Positions 39,001-51,949 of a DNA stretch of 64,000 bases are shown in pieces. The first letter of the stretch is position 1. Every line of letters begins with the position of its first letter. Origin of the DNA: Amoebophrya sp. A120 (Eukaryota; Protista; Dinoflagellata); NCBI GenBank assembly GCA_905178155.1, contig CAJINV010000010.1, positions 186,001 to 250,000 on the forward strand, written 5' to 3'. Below the pieces are notes generated by a model. It was not told the DNA's origin. It ran no database searches and was given only the letters and a program-made list of their open reading frames with translations. The position numbers were made by a program, and so were the translations under genes.

Positions 39001-41517
39001 TTTCGGGCCTGCCATGGAAGGGGCGCGGGCGCGGAGCGTTTTTCCTTTCTGGGCACGCCAGGGAGGGGCTTGGGGAACAGGCGTCGAGCGACCCGGGAAA
39101 AACCGCTCTGGGCGGCCCCAAAAGAAGGCGAACCCCCAAGACGCAGCTACGCCTGTGACAACGGGCAGGGGTTGGCGGGGGCGCGAGTCTGATCAACGCA
39201 CGCTGCCACCGCCAAAGCTTGCTCGCACCCAGCTCGTTAGCCGGAGCAGGCCAGAAAGAGCCACCCGGGCCGCAGAGCTCCGTCCGGAGGTCCGGCCCCG
39301 CGGAGGAACCGGCCCGCCGAGGGCTTTTTGTCAGCTGCCTTGCTACCCGGGCACGCATACCAAAATAAAAATCGCACAGGCCGGCGCACAGGCCAACGGC
39401 GCCGACGCTTCACAGAGGGTCGCCGTGTGTGCGCGGGGCTCTGCAGCGCCTGCGTGGACGCACAAATAAATTTCCGCGGCCGGCCGAGCCGGCGCTGGCA
39501 ACACAGGCCTCGCCCTTCTTTCAAGAGAAACATGGCCACTGCGCTCCGGCTTGTTGAGGCCCGCTAGCGATGCAACGCCCAACGGTTCCAGGCATTTTAG
39601 AAACGCCCGCCCGTACTTGGGCTGCCGGACTGCGCCCTTCCGGGGCGGAAGGGCGCCAACGCTGCGAGCCGGGCTAACCTTTATCCGCGTGTCTGGGGGC
39701 AAGACGCGCAACGCCTGCCTCACCACGAAAAAGCGGCGGCCTGTCAGCTACTGAGAGTGCGCCACTGGTGGCCGCGCGATGATACAAAAACCCACAAACA
39801 GAACGCCACCGTCGCGATTCGTCGCCCTTTTTTGCTATGTTTTTCGCTCATGATCGCAACATTTTTTCGATCATGATCGAAGTCGCGATGGTACCGCAGC
39901 GGTATTGTGTCCGTCCATAGCCCGCGCTCGCGGACTTCATACCCGACTTGTTGACTGAGCCCGACCCGTCCTTGGTGTAGTCGATGTTAACAGAAGGCTT
40001 CACGCCCTCCGAAGCCGTGCTCTTCGCGCCGCCGGTGCCGCCGTCCCCCGCTCCGGGGGATGCCTGCTCGTCGCCACCGGCCCCGTCGGCTGCCTCGCCG
40101 CTCTCCCCGGTGCCCCCGTCCTTGTCGGAGGTGGCGGCGGCAGGGGTGGTTTCCGTCGTGGTCACCTTGGACGCCTTCGAGGGCTTTGCGGTGGTGCGCT
40201 TCGTCCCGCGCAGCATCTCCTGGCCGCCGGGGAGCACGAAAAACCAGACGACAACGAACCCGATAAGGAGCAGCACCACTGCGGAAACCACTAACACGAT
40301 GATGGCGATGCAGGTGATATTGGAGGTCTTCGGAGCCGCTGTGGTGGTGGTCGTTTCCTCGGTGTTCTCATCTTCTTCGTCACCGAACTATCCTGTGCAA
40401 AAGTATCGCACTCGTACTGATTGCGCATATGCATGACAAATGTTTTTCCTGAGGAAAAGCAGCATTACAAATTCCACCTTCCTTCTTGCCAAAATTTGTG
40501 ATGCAATTTATACTAGTACGATGCTTGTTTTGCATTGCATACGAACATGTACTGTGCCATTTCCGATGCCTTTTCTGACGAGTAATCCACTCCCGCCTGC
40601 GCCACTGCTTTCGCCTTGTCCCACAGACTCTGTCCCTCGCCCTCTGCTTCCTGCGTCTGACTCGACGCCATGATTTTTGCGCCCGCCTCTTCCTTGGCGG
40701 CCTGGCTCGCTCCTCCCATGGCTGCGTGTTCACTAGAGAAAATGACATGGGAGTGCTCCTGCAGCGTATGTGTCGCCGTGGCGGAACTGTGGACTTTGAT
40801 TTTTGCACCCAGCTGAAGGGTGGAGGAAGGATCGGCGTTCTTTTTCGCAGAAGTCGTCTTCATCTCGGTGGAAGAAGTTTTTGTTTTACGATTGTCAACA
40901 TCTACAAATCCAGCGTTACTATCGTTGTTCGTCATTCCCTCTTCTGCTACTGCTACTGTTCGCCCTGCTTCATTCTTTCGTGGTTCCTGCCCAGGACTTC
41001 TGTCCCGCTGCAGGCGCTCGACGTCCGGAGATGATGAGACCCCGGGACTTCTAAGTTTGCTTGTGTCGTCCCTCCCAGTCGCGGTTGAGTCAAGTTCTTG
41101 CTCTTCGGGTTGTCCGTCGTAATTATTTTCAACATCATCTGCCTCATCCTCGTTCGGAGACAGCGGTTCTTCTGCATCTTCAGGAACTTCTTCCTGAAGA
41201 TCTTCCCGTTCTCCGGGCGGTATTTGATCCGGGTCCTCGCCAGGAGCATCTACTTCGCTTTTTCTCCCAGTGGCTGATGAAGCTCCATCCGCATTTGCAC
41301 TTCCTGCTCCTGCTGGTGGTTTCAAAATTTTTCTGTCGATTCGTTTTCGCTTCTGGATGACTTGAAAACCGAGCACCTCACCGAGGAGCTGGAGTTGATG
41401 TCGGGAGTTTGTCATGCTACTTCTGCCACAAGGATTTTCGTAGAAATTGTACAGCAGAAGCAGGAAGTAGGAAGATGTCATCCACCTGCGCAAGAGAAAT
41501 TTCGCGGGTCGCGACAT
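36032..41517 (-). CDS. Single-pass membrane protein with low-complexity ectodomain and Lys-rich tail, ~769 aa, 7 exons
   Basis: In frame after removing six introns including the 2-kb element. TM segment ITCIAIIVLVVSAVVLLLIGFVVVWFFVL. Last exon tentative; alternative stop at 36300. Confidence 0.72.
36096..36313. mobile_element. Degenerate TAT...ATA intron (tentative)
   Basis: IR TATC...AAAAAACCG; no DR, but the +5 rule gives an in-frame K-rich exon. Confidence 0.5.
36580..36799. mobile_element. Degenerate introner (220 bp)
   Basis: IR TATGGATGGAAAA/TATTGAAGGGAAAA; DR CCGGG/CCGCT. Confidence 0.7.
36910..37144. mobile_element. Introner family E (235 bp)
   Basis: 21-bp TIR T(G/A)TGACAGTGCACAACTCCCC; DR CCGGT. 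Confidence 0.9.
37238..37527. mobile_element. Introner family D (290 bp)
   Basis: TIR TAT(C/T)CTGAG.AAAA; DR GTCGC/GTCGT; similar to 63120-63398. Confidence 0.85.
37893..39919. mobile_element. 2027-bp TIR element with 8-bp TSD inside a coding sequence
   Basis: ~58-bp TIRs TATGGA(T/C)GGACAC...GCGGTACCATCGCGA.TTCGATCATGATCG; TSD GCCCGCGC (37885-37892, 39920-39927). Removal joins SASAG|MPSS in frame. GC-rich interior with no recognisable transposase. Confidence 0.9.
40389..40541. mobile_element. Introner family A (153 bp)
   Basis: DR CGAAC. Confidence 0.9.
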
Positions 41518-42835
41518 CTTGTTTCGTTTGGTTTTGATAAAGAAATTCACCCTTATCTCAGTGTTTTCAACATCTTTTTGATCAGTCTACGATCTCCCGC
41601 TATTGCGGAGGGGTGTTGATATTACGTATTCACAAAAATTGATAGCGTGGTGAAGAGTCCATCGCGTCAAAGTTGCAGCGACTCTGGTGCTAACGACGTC
41701 ATCTTCACCCTGCCGATCCTAGAAGTTTTGTTTGAAAAGTCTTTTTGGTCCGCCTATGTTCAAGTTGGAAAAGACCGTGTCATGATGTTGCAAACGCTGT
41801 AGCCTCATCCTGTACGACGCCGAAATAGGTATATCGAAGAGCGCTTCCTGTGAAAGTGAGGACAAATTACTTCGTGACGAAGAGCTGACGATGACTACGA
41901 TCTAGACGAAGCATCCCAAAGATTCGTCGGGAGCTGGTCTCTCTTTCAGAGCGAGCTGCACAATATGGTCGATTTTGTTAACACGACCGCAAATTACGAC
42001 CAAAACAACCCGAGCTGTTGCAAAACCGATTCGTTTCGACATGTTCGATCTTCCTACGCCCTAATACGAAACCCCTAAATAAAACGATTCGACGACATCG
42101 ACTGTGGCCTTTGACGAACGGGGAAACTACAAGATTTTGACGGTTACAACTCTGGTATCCATATCATGGCGCGAACACGATCATTTCGCGTGGCATAAAT
42201 GAACAGAACTACCTCTTTCCTGCCGAATCATAACAATAAGCTTCGAGCTGTTTCCGATATTTCGTTTTCAAAAGTCTACTCAAAATTGTGTACAGGTTCT
42301 GGAAATTTTCTTTCGGATATTGTACAATTTTGATTTTCATTTTGTATAGATGAGATGCGACTAAGGCATCAATCTCAATGACTAATAACAATGCGTCATG
42401 GATGAAAACTTCGAATTGTCAACAAATAAATGCTCCATCAGATAATTTTTCAGGTATCAGGATAAAATTGCAATAAAACCTTACTTCAATCAACTACCTG
42501 CAACAGCCAGGAAGGCTGGCGAGGTAGAGAACTTTCTTTGTCATATGCTATTCACGAGTAAAAATGTCTTCAAAATAAATCAATGCAATACAAAAACGTC
42601 GATGATTAACTTTAACAAGATGAAGCCTAATATCACTTTTGGCTCTCATGCTGATGTCCAAACAAAAAATCTCAAAAGGCATACATCTCGACAAATTGCA
42701 AATTTAGATTGGAATTTCTGGTCACGATGAAATGAATGAAAACGACAAGATCAAGAAGTTGAGCAAGATAAAAAGGTTTGAAATTTGTAGGTTACGAAAC
42801 CACACCAGGACGAGGTCTGCCGCCCCATTTAGCTC

Positions 42836-45800
42836 TCACACTCCACTTGATCCCTTCTTGCTCATGATACCTCCCGCTGCGAAATTTTCCAACGGGCGCA
42901 CGGTCTCGATGTTTTGACGCCGGTCGTGTAATGATCTTTGCGGACCACGATATGAACAGTGAACTTATCCCTAGTACACGTTCGCGCACAGCAATAGCTC
43001 GTGTTCTTGCATGAGAATTCCGCCATGGACCGGTTTTTTTTAACATGACAAGCACAACAAGTGTCGGCCCCCGCTTGCAATCTGTCATGCATTTGTTCGT
43101 ACGTGGTGTACGGGAAATAATTAATTTGTAGTGCATAGATGCCGCGACGCCATCAGGAGGTTATTCTCTTCCTCGTCATCCCCGGCTTCCTCCTCAAAGC
43201 TGGTATCCGTAGATTCCCCCTCCCCTGTATGGAAGCGTCAGGATGGAAATCGTCAAAGTTGAAATAACTTGTAATGCATAAAATACTAGACGCAAAGTAC
43301 CTGTCTTGCAGAGCAGGCAACTGAGGCCGATTATAAGCGTGTTTCGGGTGTGAGATAGGGCTGCTAAAATAGCATGGAAAAAGCAGTCTTCTCTGCTCAA
43401 ACAGCATGACAAATTGCATTTCCATGCTGCCAAAATTTGTCATGCGCCACTTGCAAACTGGGCTCCAGGTCCAGCTGGTATCGCTTTTTTGCATTACAGA
43501 TTATTTCAACTTTGACGGTTTCAATCCTGACGCTTCCAAACCCTGCTGGCGCTGGTGCAGCTCCAGCTCCTTTCTTCTTACTTGCTGTTCCTTTCTTCTT
43601 GTGACTGCTAGTAGCCCCAGTTTTTTTCTTCTCACCTGTAGTTTTCTTTTTCAACTTCTTTTCTCCGGAGGTTGCTGCGTCCTTTTTTTTCTTCTTCTTT
43701 TTCGCCGCTTCGCCATCCGAGTGTTTGTTCGTTTGATCTGACTGCTCTTTCTCAGTGCTAGTAGGCGAGGACACGTTAGAAGTACCCCCGGAGGTGTCAT
43801 GCGATACGTCGCTGACGTCCGTTGCGTGACTGAGATCCGACTTGATTTTCGTGGACTTGCCCTTTTTGCTGCTCGCCTCCGTGTTGACGGAGCTGAGAGC
43901 AGACGCAGCGCTGCCGGCCGGTATTGAACTTGCGCCGGTTGCGTCCGTTTTCTGAGAGGAGGTTATGTGTGCTGTGTCGGCGGAAATAATTACCTCGCCT
44001 TGTTCTTCGCCCGGTTGGGTAGCACCGCTGTCTCCTGCGTGGCCGTCCCCCTCGTGACCGTGGCCGTCCTGGCTCTGCAACTTCTCCGCGCCCATTATGA
44101 AGTTCTCAAATGTTACATTCTCAAATGTTACAGCACGAATTTGAGATGCAAGAATGGCAGAAATGAAACTGAAAGGGGGAAGACGAAGATTTTTGCACCT
44201 CTTGCATTACAGGTTTGGCACAGAATATTCTAGTTGTAAAAATGCTATCTAGCGCGTCGAGAACTTGTCATGCGCAGCAGCTTGATCATGTAGATACTGC
44301 TCCTGGTGGCAATTTTGCATGGCAAATCCATGCAACAGTTGAGAATATAATGCTTGAGAGTTGTCCCATACCCTTCTTCTTGTAGGCGTGCACGTCCACC
44401 GCCCCATGCGAACTACCGTGGTCGAAGTCGTGAGAGCCAACGTGTAGTGCGCAAAAGCATCTTCCCATAGTGGCCGTATAATTGCAATCTTGCATGACAA
44501 AAATGCAATCTTGCATGACAAAATAAATTATGGCCTTCTAGTCGTACCTGATTCAGTGGCATATTTCCCAAGACAAACTCAAGAAACTTCACGTTTCCTT
44601 CGGAAAAGATTGAGACTGATGCAGTGCATAATTTCGACTCGCACTAATTCGAAGGACTTTTGCTGCACCAGTGCATACCAAATCCACTTTCACCGCTTTG
44701 TCGACTTCGCCGCCCTGGCTCGTCCGGATCTCGGACTTCTTCATTGATTTCTTCTCCGCAGCCGAGCCGCGTGCCGCCGTTCCCGAAGCGTTTATCTTTG
44801 AGGCTTTTGACGTAGGTTCTTTCTTCTCCTCGTCCTTTTCTCCTCCTGCACAAGTTAGACAATAAATGATCAAGGCAATCAACACTATCAACAGAACCGC
44901 TCCGCCACAGATGATATAAAACAGCATCGATGGAACCCCCGCGATCGTTCCTTCGTCCGCTTCACTTGTGGTGTTTTTGCCGTCGTCGAGCAGAGTTTCG
45001 CCGCTTTGACCTTGCCCAGTGATATTCCCTGGGATCGTTGTAGTTGGGGTGTCGTCGTTGCCAATGATGTGCTTGTCCTGCTCCGTAACCCAAACGCATT
45101 CGTACTCGTAGAGGGTTGCGTCCGTGATCAAATCTGCGTACGGAAACGCCTGTGCCTGCGCGCACAACTCCTCCGCATTTTCGTCGTTCTTTTTACAACA
45201 CGCAGCGACTTTCCCGTCATTCGCCGCAGTTCCCCCGTGCTTCGTACCACAATGGTCTTCGCACAAACCCTGTTTGTCACCACAGGCTCCCTTACAGCTC
45301 GGTTCTTGCACCCAAGCCGGGATCGCGACGCAGGAGTGGTAGGGCTCGAAGGTGGTCGGGGATGAGGTGATTTCGGTTTTGTATTTCTTCGACAAAAAAT
45401 TATCCGCTGGCAGGTTGCTGATTTTGTTCAGCACCAAGCACTCGCGCCGGGGGCCGGAAAACCCGAATTCCGGTGTAATAGTTACAGTACCACTACTGTC
45501 GGCGCTGTTAGTAACTTCGTACTTGCAGCAACCGCCGATGTAATTATTGTCCGCGGGTTGTTCGGTAATCAAGCAATGATCGTTGCAGAACCTGGGCACG
45601 GAATCCGGATCCGTCTCCCAGCCGCCACTCGCTCCCTCGAAGCAGGGCGTCTCGCATTCCTGTGTGCGATTGTGAACACTGCAGTCGGGGCAGGAAATCA
45701 AAATGTTCTCCGTTCCGCCGGTTTCGTCTTCCTGCAGCGTTGTGGTCGTCGTTTCAGACGTAACGTACACACACTCGTGCTTCCAAAACGCCGGATCCGA

Positions 45801-48800
45801 GATATCCTCCGCGCGCAACCCGACCGCCCGGCTGCAGACGCTGGTGCTAGTAGTAGCATTTCCATCGTCCTCCGAAGTTGCCCCTGTGGTCGTGTAGTTT
45901 TCGCCTTTCTTGCAACAGCCAATGTCCGCCGGAATGCCTTCTGGGTCGAGCACCTTTCCGCTACTCTCGTCCCAGGTGTACCCCGGCTTTTGCAATATAG
46001 CCTCCGTTGCGGGCGGATTGCAATACTCGTTGCAGACGCCGGTCGTGGAGTTGCCGCAACTTTCCGTTCCGCTGCAGTTCGCCTCCATGTAGTCCTCGAG
46101 CCACACCGGCATGATGACGCACGATTTGTAGTAGTCATTCGCAGTGATGGATCCGTTTAGCGTTTTCCTCCCGATCTCCTTCAGAAACGACCCCACCAAA
46201 TAGTCCGTCCTCTTCTCCCACACAGTCAGGAAGTTGAGAACTTCGCACTCTTGTGGTCCGGAAAACTGCCCCAGCGGGTCTACGGTGGTGAAATTGCTCC
46301 ACATGCAGCATCCCCCCATGTAGTTCTCATCCGCCGGCTTGCACTTCTCCGGACAGAACGCCGTCGTGTCTGCGTTCGGACACTCCATTCCGTATGGAAG
46401 CGGAGGGACTGAAATCGTCAAAGTTGAAATAGTTTCAGTCTGTGATGCATAAAATGAAATCCACAAAATGCCTGTCTTGCAGAGTAGGCAAGGGAGGCAG
46501 ATTGTAAGCCTGTTGAGGGGTAGAAGTAGAGCTGCTAAAGTAGCATGACAGAGGCGTCTTCCTTACCCGAACAGCATTACAAACTGGATTTCGGCTCTAC
46601 CCGAATTTGTCATGCGCAACTTGAAACCTTGGGGCCAACTGATATCCGTTTTATGCATCACATATTATTTCAACTTTGTCGATTTCGATGCTGACACCCA
46701 CGTATTCCGCATTCCATGGGACGCACTTGGACGGCGTCCGCAGCCACGGAGATGCCGCGGAGATCGGGGGTGATGGCATTGGTGCCGGTTTTGAGCGTTT
46801 CCGTGTTCACAAACCCATAGTGGTCGCTGACTCGTCGCGCAATCACCCCGGTAATCACCCCGCTCTCCACCTTCTCACACACCTCCGGCGTGATGCCCGC
46901 CACCGCGGCTCCCTCTGCCTTCAGACAGGCCGCTTTCGCCGCTCTCGTTGCGCACACGTTGGAGTAGAACAAGCCGTTGCCGTTGTCGACCTCGTCGATA
47001 GACCCCTTTTTGTTGTTCGCGGCCTTCGGCCAGCAGTGGTAGGGCAGGGGTACTTCTGGGTTGACGTGCCTCATGCTGTAATGTTGCGAGCCATAGCTGT
47101 ACATCACACAATCGTCGCCGAGGAAGTCGCAGATCATTTTGCACACCCAACCGAATTCCACTTTTAAATTTTCTGGCGCTTCGTCGGACTCGTCCGAGGC
47201 AACGTCCTGCTGCAACTTCGGAAGTGGCAAAGCGGCCGCTCTTGTGTAGAACTGTTTCAGAAAGTCTATCCTGTCTTCCGCCAGCGAACCGTCTTCCAAC
47301 GGACCGCGCAAATTCACATTTATCCAGTCAACGGCGGCTTTGCACTTCTGCCCTGCGGCTGACACCTCTGCTTCATTCATGGTCCCGTCTACCCCCATCA
47401 CATTCACGTTATAATTTTCAGCAGCAATTTATGCAACGTAAATTTCCTGCACATGTACAAAATGCATGACAAATTTCGCTAACTTGCAGTGTCGAACTTG
47501 TCATGCTACACTAGGATCGAAGGCAAGTTTTGTCATGCAGAGACTGCACTTGTACGTGTACAGGAAATTTACTGTGGATACAATTCCTGCCATTTCGGTT
47601 GCGTTTTCCACAATACCCGGACTCAAGTTGATCTCGCATAAATCCCCAAAAGCGTAGTCGGCTTTGTCCTTCCCCATCCAGTCCTGACAGTCGCCCACTC
47701 GCCAATCGTACGTCGTTTCCGTCACGCGGGTTTTGCAGATTCCGGAATAGTGGTGCAAAACAGGCTGTTCTTTCGCCGTGTGCGTCCACTTGTTCTGCAG
47801 ACTGAAAACGTCCGTGCCCAAACCAGCCTGCGAAGTCGGGTTTTCAATCTTCGGAATACACAGAAACTCCGAGTGGTTTTGGTTTTGTTCGGGGGCTGAA
47901 CCTCCAGAAGAACCTCCTTGCTCTTCTTCTCCCGAAGGAACCGCTGCTGCTGCTGCTGTGTAGGTGAAGGCGACGCACGCGGGTGTCAAATCGCAGATCA
48001 TCTTGCACATCCAGAGGAAATTTTCATTGTTGATCCTGTTCGTCTGTTCCTCCACATCTAGCACGTGTGTCACGTATTTTCTAAGGTACCCATCTTGCTC
48101 CTCTGTTAGCTTGTCGTCAGTAGTGACAGAAGCGAAGCCGTGCGTCGTTATTTTTCCTTGTATCGCCAGCAACTTGCCCCGGATCTCGTTTGCAGCTTCG
48201 TAGGCCTCGACACAGATCTGCGCCATCGCGCTCGCGTCTCCATTGCTGTTGAAGCCCGCACTGGCGTAATCGGCTTCCGGAATCTTCACGGAGGTGGCGT
48301 TCACATCTTCCGAAGATGTTTCCTTGTTCAAATCAATGCGGCAGAGAGCGGAGAGTTGGAAATTCGTATTGTCGTGAATTTCCCAGGAGGAGGGGGGGCA
48401 AAGATCAGCTTCGTTGGTGATGATGCCAGGAGCGGTTGTGGTTCTTCGTGATCGTGCTGTTGCACTCGTAAAATAAAGTCTTGATTGAATTTTGGAAGCT
48501 GTTGTAGCCGCTGTTCCTGCGCGTTTTTTGCCACGTTCAGCTACTTTTGACCTCGCGCCACTGCTCTCTTCTGTAGCAATTTTCAACATCCCCATCCGTT
48601 GGTTTCTTCTCTCATCTACTTCGATGTTGAGAAAAGAGGACGAAGATTCTGACTCGTCCTCTTGTTCACCAGAGATATTCACTGCTGGTGCCCCAGAAGT
48701 TGACGCACGTAGTTCCATTGTGACATTCACCCTCTCACCGCTGCCGGTCATCTTCGCAGATGTTGACCCAACATCTACCACGACAAGCTGGTCTTCGACG

Positions 48801-49447
48801 TCGTCCGACTCCTTATTGGCTTTTGGAGCTTCTACTTCAACAGCATGATCCACGTTTCTACTTGTAGTTTCATCTTCATGGACCACCGGCCACTCTCGAC
48901 CTGTGGAAGCATCTACCTCCTTATCCTTCCTAGCATCGGTTGTTCCACCGACCGCCTTCGCCTTCCTGTTTTTTCTTCGGTCTTGTCCAAGTTGTATCTT
49001 CCTGGCATTTGATGACAATTTTTCGCGCTGTTCGCTTGTCCTGCGCAGTTCGCGGTGCTCGTGCCGGTTCTTCACGCTGAACTTGAAGGCGGCAACGAAA
49101 ATATTACTAGTAGCTGTGCTACCTGGTGTCGTGTGCTGGTTGAAGATGTTGTTCTTCTCGTGGTCAGGGGATGATTCACCACAACGCAGGTCTGCTCCCG
49201 TAGTCGTGTCATCTTCTTGTGAAACCCGACAGATAGACCTGAAAAGGCCACCGTAGTTGTTCTCTCGCTCGTCGTTCTTGTACAATAGCTGGTGCCACAA
49301 GACCGCCAAGCACAGCAGTTTCAATCGTAAAAGCGTCGCCGCAACAACAAATCCACGACCCCGAGCGTTCTGTACGACGCCAGGGGCGGGTGCGGGAGCG
49401 CGGGCAAGGGCCAGCTGCTGGTTGTAGGAAGGTGGACGTGTCATCAT
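42836..49447 (-). CDS. Large type I membrane adhesin-like protein, ~1700 aa, 7 exons; two PAN/apple-like domains and two Cys-rich repeats
   Basis: CKMICDLTPACVAFTY and CKMICDFLGDDCVMYSY; duplicated NY(M/I)GGCC..FSGP..EC.VLN..CCKK..ECV.V units; TM LFYIICGGAVLLIVLIALIIYCL. In frame across six introns; last exon tentative. Confidence 0.78.
42951..43137. mobile_element. Degenerate TAT...ATA intron (tentative)
   Basis: Weak IR, CATGACAA motifs inside, frame preserved. Confidence 0.45.
43228..43540. mobile_element. Introner family B (313 bp, orientation 2)
   Basis: DR CCCTG; interior is the reverse complement of that at 12890. Confidence 0.9.
44096..44370. mobile_element. Degenerate introner (275 bp)
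   Basis: IR TATG...TCTCAA; DR CCCAT/CCCTT; joins KKKG|AEKL. Confidence 0.75.
44443..44677. mobile_element. Degenerate introner (~235 bp)
   Basis: IR GCAAAAG..CTTC; boundary uncertain and chosen because 240-nt removal is needed for frame. Confidence 0.55.
46393..46704. mobile_element. Introner family B (312 bp, orientation 2)
   Basis: DR TTCCG. Confidence 0.9.
47430..47580. mobile_element. Introner family F (151 bp)
   Basis: TIR core GTAAATTTCCTG.ACA.GTACAA; DR CAATT. Confidence 0.88.
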
Positions 49448-51124
49448 GTAGTAGTTGTAGAGCTTATTTTTCGTTTTCAAAAAAACACTTCAGTAGTGGA
49501 CGGGGCCAATCCGAACCAGCTAAGATGATATATTGAAGTGGAGAACTTACAACTGCATCACCAAGAACAGAAATATCATAAGGGTCATGCTACTTGGTGG
49601 TTTGTTAAGTTACAGGACCCACTTATCGCACGAGGACTTCTTTTCCTGCAATCCTGACGCAGGGGCAGGCAGGCCAATGATAGGCAGGCAGACATTACGA
49701 ATGGCACGATGTTGACGACAGAATCGAAGACAACGACCCGAACGGATAGTAAGTAACTTTGACCTGCAAGAATTGTAAAGAGGAGGTAGAGCATGGAGCT
49801 GGAGTGCCGCCCACGACATTAATTGAGCACGATCCATCGTGACGACTGAAACCTGTACGAAATAGCGGCCTAGGGGGCGACTACGGTGAAGAGAAATGAA
49901 GGAGTTACAAATGAAAACGAGGACGGTGACCGAGATGAATTTAACGTTCAGCGACGAAACGATCCTCGACCTGGACCACAGAAAACACGGCGTGCCATAT
50001 TGTCAGGCAAAACACTATTTGTGATCCGTCGTGTTACCACGACGCACTAAAGAACGGATTAGAAATATGTCAGAAATAATTTGTCACGCGTGGCTGCCTT
50101 GTCGAGCCGGGGGTTGGTCATTCTTAACGTGAGTAAAGCCTTGTCAAGAGCCCTGACCAAGTTGTTCTTGTTGGGATCCAAGCGGACATCGCCTTGATGT
50201 CGGATTCGCGATCTGGTCTATTTCAAGCGCCTCGACTGACGCCGCAACTTCATCACGCGGGCCTTTTGATACAATTTCAAGCCATTGGGCCCCGGATGAT
50301 ATTTCAACTGAAAACATCGCCAGTCTTCGTCGGTCTCCCTCTCAAAAGAACATCGCAGGTCGTCTGCTTTTTCCTCCTCTTGTTCGTGACTTCATAAATT
50401 TTCGAGCCACCTGGTCTGCTTTTTTCGTTATTCGATTTTTTCCAAAACAATTGCAAAACTAACACAACGTCTAGCGTCTGTCTATCGAGGGTTAGAGTAA
50501 GAGGCTCCGCCAATCACGACTATGCTCTCGTCCCGTCCCCACAACATCTCAAAGTCGCTTTATTTCATCCCCTTACTTCTCTTGCATGAAGGTCTGCGAT
50601 TCAAAAAATCACTTCAGCTTGACCCTTCTGAGTGATAACAAAATAAATACTTTGTAATGCACCTGAATGGTTCACGTAGCATAGGTATTTCGGGTTTTTC
50701 GTGCTAGTAGTGTTAGCACGATTGTGAGCGATTCGATAGCTGTGCTGCGCGACTGTGTTGAGCGATCTGTATAGCACAACAACGACTCAAGTAGTTCTAC
50801 TTTTTTGTAATCTCATCCTGCTTCCTCGCGTGCTCACACATGTCGTTGCCTATGATATCTAGCCAAGTTCTAAAGTATTGCTTTGAGTATCAAGACCGAA
50901 AATCATGCTCAAAGCCTACCGCCCTGGGTACCCTTGTCGCCCTGGGTGTCTTCAGCCACCTCTCAGATGTTTCAGTCTTTTTTGGCAGATAACTCCACGG
51001 CTGCACTGAGTCCCGTTCCAAAAAGGTGTCTTGTTGTTAATATGTTGATATCATTTTCTACTGCAGGCAGTTACTTCTGTTTGTGTTTTGTAAAAAATCA
51101 CACAACATCAAATCCAAGAGATAA

Positions 51125-51798
51125 TCTAATCTGTTTTATAGTTCCGACGTGACAGATTATAATACTTCGCAACTGCACTTGCTTCTCATAGACAGTGCTT
51201 CTTTCGGAACGCAAATCGCTTTAATTCTCCCGCAGAGGCAATGTGGTAAAATCAATCGGGTGCTCGCTTCTTCGGCAATGTGGTAAAAATCAAAACTAAT
51301 AAATGTTGAAAAAACAAAATAGCTATAAGTAACTTGGCAAAACTAATTATGTTGAAAACAAAAATCCCAAAGGAAAGTGTGGCAAAACTAGCTATGAAAT
51401 CAATATAGATAAAGATGATAGAAAAGACATCAGCGAGAATAAAGAGGCGCGTCCTACGATAACTTTGTCTGGCAGTAAGCAATCACACACAGATAGTTTG
51501 GGCTACCTAGTGCAACCGCATGCGAAATCGAGGACACTCTTATCCTGATTCGAACGCGACAAACTCCCAGATAATATTTAGAAAATGTCTGTCATGTGGC
51601 TGCGCATGACCATGAGCCTTTTAGGCATGCAGGTTTGCATGACAACTCCACCGGGATGGGGACGTTATTGCACAGCATGGATAGCGATAGAGATGAAGTC
51701 AGAGCCATACTATAATAACTTAAAGGAGCGCTTGCTTCATCAGGTCGAGAAGTTGTCTGGCGCGCTCTTGCTGGCCATTCTCCACATAGTAGTTCAGG
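51125..51798. repeat. Diverged duplicate of the PPR gene 3' end and downstream region (partner ~52455-53080)
   Basis: Colinear from TCCGACGTGACAGATTATAATAC to GCCATTCTCCACATAGTA, with indels. Confidence 0.9.
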
Positions 51799-51949
51799 TG
51801 TCAGCCAGAATTCAAAACACAAGCAAAGCAGAGCAAGTACAAGACAGTGCAAAAACATAGAAATAGAGTGGAGCTAGGCGGTACGTATGAGCTTACAAAT
51901 AGATCATTTTCAAAGTGCAGTCGTTCGCTAGTATAAGTCGTTCGTCGTT

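Noticed and set aside
10811-39754. Long Arg/Ala/Gly/Pro-rich ORFs in the GC islands (e.g. 10882-11781, 15164-16186, 29408-30555, 38305-39358)
   Set aside because: Open in several frames at once because stops are rare at high GC; no recognisable motifs.
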